Positions 20,852-25,423 of a stretch of DNA of 25,423 nt are shown piece after piece; the first letter of the stretch is position 1, and each line of letters begins with the position of its first letter. Below the pieces are notes generated by a model. It made no database searches. It was not told the origin of the DNA and saw only the letters and a program-made list of their open reading frames with translations. The position numbers were made by a program, and so were the translations under genes. Source of the stretch: Atractiella rhizophila. Taxonomy: Eukaryota. The stretch spans positions 91,774-117,196 of the forward strand of contig MU271258.1 of the NCBI GenBank assembly GCA_021432655.1, written 5' to 3'.

Positions 20852-21508
20852 ATGATTACTTTTAAGCGCCGTCGACGCGACAATCAGATAGAGAGAACCG
20901 ATGTGGGTGCAAATAATCAATCTCCTCCTTCAATCGAAATAATCGATGAACTCGAATCGGTTGTTGTTGCACAATCACTCAGACCTGATACTTCAACTTT
21001 AGACATTGAAGACGCTATCTTTGACACCGCTAGCTCAATTACCCTTCCCTCTTTGGAAACCATGTCCACTGGTTTGCAAGATGGTGCAGTTTATTGGCCT
21101 CCAAAGAAGAGCCCAGCCAAGATGTTCGCTACTACAGAGATTGTAAGAGCTCTTTCGGCCCCAATCATCACTGGAAGCCTTCAAGGAGGATATTACGGAA
21201 TTATTTCCAATAGTCAACCTCCTTCTCCTCTTCCTTGGCAAGCACCCATCCAAGTCGAATATGCCAGTCTGAGAGACTTCAGCCCTGCCTTCACCAAAGC
21301 CTTCCTCATCTATCGCATCATGATGTGCAAGATTGACACGTCGGAACCCAATGGTTGGATGATCTTAGCAGTTCTCAACTATGATCTGGAGACAGAAAGA
21401 CACCACCTAATTGGAAGACCTGTCTATTGGCTAACCCTCAAGGACTTACACAGGCAACCTGCTTGTAGTAAACTACTTGCAGCTATGAAAGCGACTAGGA
21501 AGTTTTGA
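20852..21508 (+). CDS. Orphan 218-aa ORF of unknown function, possible divergent chromo-like C-terminus
   Basis: Long stop-free ORF in normal-orientation, non-LTR sequence. The upstream 70-aa ORF (20640-20852) overlaps it by TAATG, so both may be pieces of one truncated gene. No family recognised with confidence. Confidence 0.45.
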   Translation: MITFKRRRRDNQIERTDVGANNQSPPSIEIIDELESVVVAQSLRPDTSTLDIEDAIFDTASSITLPSLETMSTGLQDGAVYWPPKKSPAKMFATTEIVRALSAPIITGSLQGGYYGIISNSQPPSPLPWQAPIQVEYASLRDFSPAFTKAFLIYRIMMCKIDTSEPNGWMILAVLNYDLETERHHLIGRPVYWLTLKDLHRQPACSKLLAAMKATRKF

Positions 21509-22021
21509 AGGCTTTTGATGCTGCCAGACACTAAACATCAGAAAATTTCCTTCTCTTTCTAAAGGATATAGCGAACAACTTGTACTTATACAAGTGTGTG
21601 AACGGCCTTCGTCCCTCAGGCCCTCCAACCCACTCACAAGGGGCATGGCCCCTCGAACCCTACTGTGACCGTTGTAAGGGTTTGAGTCCAGTACAAAACA
21701 TATTTTTCAACCCTTTCAGAATAAAATTTCCTTGCAGGTTCAGAAAGGGGCAAGCAGGTAGGATATGATGGTACAATACATTTCATTCTATTGTGTATGG
21801 TGAGGGAGGTGTGAGGGCTCAAAAGTGCATCTTATGACTCATGCCAAGAACTGATGAATGTTAGAGTATAGGATTGCTAGGCTAAGAGAACCCCTTGTAT
21901 TTGTATTTCTCAAGCAAAGAACTTGTATGATACAAAGGCACTAGATTAATAAGAACAATTGAACACTGTTCATGAAAGAAGATAGTATAGTGCCACGTTC
22001 CCTACAGGATTATTTCTAAAC

Positions 22022-22313
22022 AAGGCTTGAGAACAAGCCTTCCTTTCAAGGAGGGAGAAGTTGTAATGGTTAGGCCACATACATTATAGGAGATACTGGA
22101 ACCTTCTGGAACCTCTTAGTCTGGCCTAGAACATTACTCTGGAACATGGTAGAACAGTCTAGAATATTCTCTGAATAACCTTAACTACCATTGCTTAGAG
22201 TGTCTGGAATATTCTGTAACAATTCCGTAACCACATAAAAGGAGCTTAAATGAGTAAGGATTCCAGACATTCCAACGACCCTACTTCTTCAGTACATTGT
22301 AGAGACCGGATCA
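22022..22313 (+). mobile_element. 3' end of a third LTR element (Gypsy-like): hairpin, PPT and partial LTR
   Basis: AAGGCTTG-AGAA-CAAGCCTT hairpin (22022-22041), purine tract AAGGAGGGAGAAG (22048-22060), then TGTAATGG at 22062. Cut off by LTR-B sequence near 22314. Only one copy is visible. Confidence 0.55.
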
Positions 22314-22519
22314 TATATTTTGTGGTCTTGTGTTGTGTGGTCAGCCACCTTTGTTGTGTTTGCTTCATTTCGGAGTTTTAGCCCCCTAGGGGGCAGTTTA
22401 GGCGGTCATCACCTTTGACCACCAATCTCTGTCCCCTAAGTATGTGTTTCCTTATCAATGTCATCATCTTTGACCATCAATCTCTGTCCCCTAGCTCCAT
22501 CCAGCATCAGATTCTCTCA
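22314..22519 (+). repeat. Copia LTR-B lacking its first about 16 nt
   Basis: Aligns to 14962-15166 and ends ATTCTCTCA, directly fused to RT sequence. Confidence 0.88.
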
Positions 22520-23953
22520 TGAAGGAGATTCAATCTCACTTGGACAACAAGAGTTGGATTCTGGTCAAACCGCCTATAAGGAGCAAGAATCGTTGGTTCT
22601 CGATGGGGGTGTTTGCGGTTAAGAAGAAGTCAAATGGTTCTATTGAGCGCTTCAAGGGCAGATTCATCATCAAGGGGTTCTCTCAACGCCCTGGATTCGA
22701 TTACTTTGATACTTTCGCATCGACGGTCAAATGGGCGACACTTAGGACGATTCTTTCACTCACCTGTGTCCTGGATATGGAGTTAGAGTCTGTGGACATC
22801 TCCACAACGTTCCTAAATGGCGAAATGGATGCAGAAGTCTATGCCAAGCAGCCAGAAGGTCACTGTCAAGGTCCCCCAGAATATGCTCTCAAACTCCCCA
22901 AAGCAATCTACGGCACCAGGCAAGGAGGAAGGCAGTGGCAGAAGAAATTTGACAAGGAAATCACATCCATGGGCTTTATCAAGATCAAGAGTGATGCCAG
23001 TGTTTGGATTTACTCGAAGGAGGACATCAAAGTACTTGTCCCAGTCTTTGTGGATGACATTACTATCGGCTAGCACATCCAAGGGTGCTGTGGAGAACTT
23101 CAAGAGGGAGTTAGGGAAGCGATTTAAGCTCAGAGACCTTGGACCAACGGAATTCCTACTTGGGGTGTGCATTAGGAGGGATAGGAAGCGAAGAATGATG
23201 TGGTTGGATCAAGAACAGTATGTCAAGGATCTTCTGGAACGCCAACAGATGGACGATTGCAACCCTGTCCTTACTCCTCTCAATGTTGGACACGGTCTCA
23301 GCAAACAGGACTGCCCTCAGACAAAGGAAGAACAGGAAGAAACGTGCACAATCCCTTACAGCAATGTAGTAGGCTCTATGGTGTACTTAGCCATCTCCAC
23401 CCGTCCAGATATCGCTCACACAGTCTCTATACTTGGAAAGTACCTTTCTAATCCTGGAAAGAAACACTGGGAAGCAGCTAAGCATCTTCTACAATACCTC
23501 AAAGACACTCAGAACTTAGGAATCAAGTATTCTGCAGCTGGTTTCGACCTCAAGCAACCTTTTCACGCCTTCTGCGATGCAGATTTTGCTGGGTGCAAGG
23601 ATACTGGACCTGGAGGCTATCTCCTCAAGATAGGCAACGGAGCAGTCAGTTGGAGCAGCAAACTACAATCCCCTCGTTGCCCTTTCTACTACCGAAGCAG
23701 AATATGTCTCAGGAGTCTCAGCTGGTCAAGAAGTCGTCTGGCTAAGGAATCTTTTAGAAGAAATTGGCTTCGCTCCTCAAGGTCCTACAGCTCTCTTCAC
23801 AGATAGCAGCAGCACTCTACAGGTATCCAAGAACCCTGAGCACCACAATTGAATGAAACACCTGGACCTTCACTTTTATTGGCTCAGAGATGTTATTGAG
23901 ATGGGCAAGATCAGTGCCCGGGTGTCAGTATGCCAGCAGACCTCCTCACCAAG
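22520..23953 (+). pseudogene. pol: Copia RT plus RNase H, frameshifted and 3'-truncated
   Basis: KEIQSHLDNKSWILV, IERFKGRFIIKGFSQRPG, VDISTTFLNG, PVFVDD, TRPDIAH, FCDADFAG. Frameshifts near 23069 and 23672 and a stop near 23850. Confidence 0.93.
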
Positions 23954-25423
23954 TGACCAGCTGCTCCTGACTTTACCAGCCCGAAGCGATAGGCCCGCCG
24001 TCTTGGTCTTGTGAAAAACTAGCAATGGTTTATAGTCTTCCTTTACAAAAGGATTGGATGACTTGTTGTTAGGGCTGACACTATGTGCGGTCGCCGATAG
24101 GCGATGCGTCTGTAGTGGAGGTAAACCTAAGTGGATAGTATGGCATGAGAAGACTAACCTGTAGTGGAGGTAAACCTAAGAGAATACTCTGAGGTCACCA
24201 CCACTACATCTCGATGTATATATACATAAGTAAAAGCACTGCCATAAACTGTAACATACAATGCTTGAAACATGTAAGATAGCTAGATCAGGAAAGCAAC
24301 AAAGGGAATAAGCGGAAATAAGGCATGTTGAACAGTACAAGTGAGAAAGGATAATAAGGCAATAATGGAGACGGTGCAGACCGGCGAAATGTATAAGGTT
24401 TGCTGAGCGGCGATTCGTGTGAGATAGGAAAGCGGCGATCAGCACGTACGTGAGCAAAGCGGCGATGGGGGGGCACGTGATCCCATAACGTCGTGAAGTA
24501 GGTCACGTGACTTCGTGTGGTGCATTTCGATAATGCGTAGGGGCAAGCCTGACACTTGTCCCAGGTCGTATACTTGTTGACTAGGTGAGCAACTGATAAG
24601 TCATCACGGTAAAAGATCAACGAAGGTGAATCGTCCAGCTAATACCAGTTCACAATAGGATGTTCTGATGATTTGGTCAGCTCCTTGGCACGCCACTGAT
24701 CAAATAGCTGGATGCGTGCCTTCGTACACTCTAAGTATAAATCTTGTAGCCAGAGGAAGTTCACCATTCTGCATTCACCCTCACCTTTTCTAATAATTTG
24801 GCCTCCCAAACTTGAGTCATGACTCACATTCTGAAATATGTGGCAAATGGTCTAGATGGTTCTATCAGACATGGGCAAATAGAGTTACCAGTGGAATATG
24901 CTGGAACATTCTGGGCAGGTCTTCAGAAAGGGGGACCCGTGAAAATCTCAGATTTGGAAGATGGTCAAAAGCATTGAGAAAACCAAGTTCAGCCTCTTCA
25001 GCAGTGGCCAACAACGTGAGACTTTGCACCAAGTCCTTGAAGTTCTTCTCCAACTCTTACGGCACGGACTTGAATAGTCCTGCACGCATGCAAAGCATCC
25101 ATAAGAAAGACTTCTCTGACGCCTGATCTGACATGTGATTGCTGATGCATAAACCCCAAGTAAAGTTGTAAGGTCGAGCTGACGGACAGGCCGCTCCGTC
25201 TTGGGCTATTCTATGCTGTGCCTTTCATTCATTGGCTTTATTCTTCAACTCTAATGAAGCTCCAAGTTCAGCAAATGTAAATGTGTCCTTGGCGAGTGCA
25301 TCTAAAAATATTGGCATGAGAACGGCATCAAGTTTAACCAGAGTTTAATCAGTGATATTGTCACTCAGCACCTCCTTCTTGAGAACCAGACACCTCATTG
25401 TCACTGGGGATCCATATTTCTCC
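23954..25423 (-). pseudogene. Intron-containing pseudogene of unknown family (copy 2), interrupted by the solo Gypsy LTR
   Basis: One minus-strand frame runs from the window end (EKYGSPVTMRCLVLKKEV...) with three isolated stops. A GTAACT...TTTCAG intron (24888-24831, 58 nt) splices in frame into NVSHDSSLGGQIIRK..., and the frame continues across the LTR insertion. Confidence 0.6.
24067..24554 (-). mobile_element. Solo Gypsy LTR (488 bp), TSD CTTGT
   Basis: Reverse complement aligns end to end with 1660-2096. CTTGT lies at 24062-24066 and 24555-24559. Empty site GA-CTTGT-CCCAGG near 9356-9368. Confidence 0.95.

Noticed and set aside
21859..22006. Possible additional solo LTR (TGTTAG...CCTACA)
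   Set aside because: No TSD (ATGAA versus GGATT) and no second copy.
22519..23073. ATG at 22519 as start of a stand-alone RT gene
   Set aside because: The A is the last base of LTR-B and the RT is frameshifted downstream.
24813..24826. TGAGTCATGACTCA palindrome as a regulatory site
   Set aside because: Falls in the coding frame of the pseudogene, with no promoter context.

Overview
Eukaryotic window, most likely from a basidiomycete fungus, that is almost entirely a nest of decayed LTR retrotransposons. It contains a near-complete Ty3/Gypsy chromovirus (1660-7380; 5' LTR, gag, pol with chromodomain, no 3' LTR) and a solo LTR of the same family (24067-24554, 5-bp TSD). It also holds many pieces of two related Ty1/Copia subfamilies (LTR-A about 190-200 bp, LTR-B about 170-220 bp) and the 3' end of a third LTR element with heat-shock-element-like repeats. 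Non-TE content: a host-like exon running off the left edge (1-596, minus), an orphan 218-aa ORF, and a duplicated intron-containing pseudogene whose two copies carry different insertions. The most striking signal is technical rather than biological. About 6.7 kb next to the two exactly-25-N gaps (10319-~13665, 16919-18319, 18345-~20258) is written backwards without complementation. Read end-to-start, each block joins its neighbouring contig in register and reveals hidden Copia Gag/PR/INT/RT/RNaseH and LTRs, so ORF-track calls there are spurious. I found no convincing new gene system. The best biological leads are a Tf1-type self-priming PBS, a G_GAT_TTT -1 frameshift site, a structured Copia 3' UTR conserved across different LTRs, and stress-factor motifs (Gcn4/AP-1 palindrome, HSE array) in LTRs.
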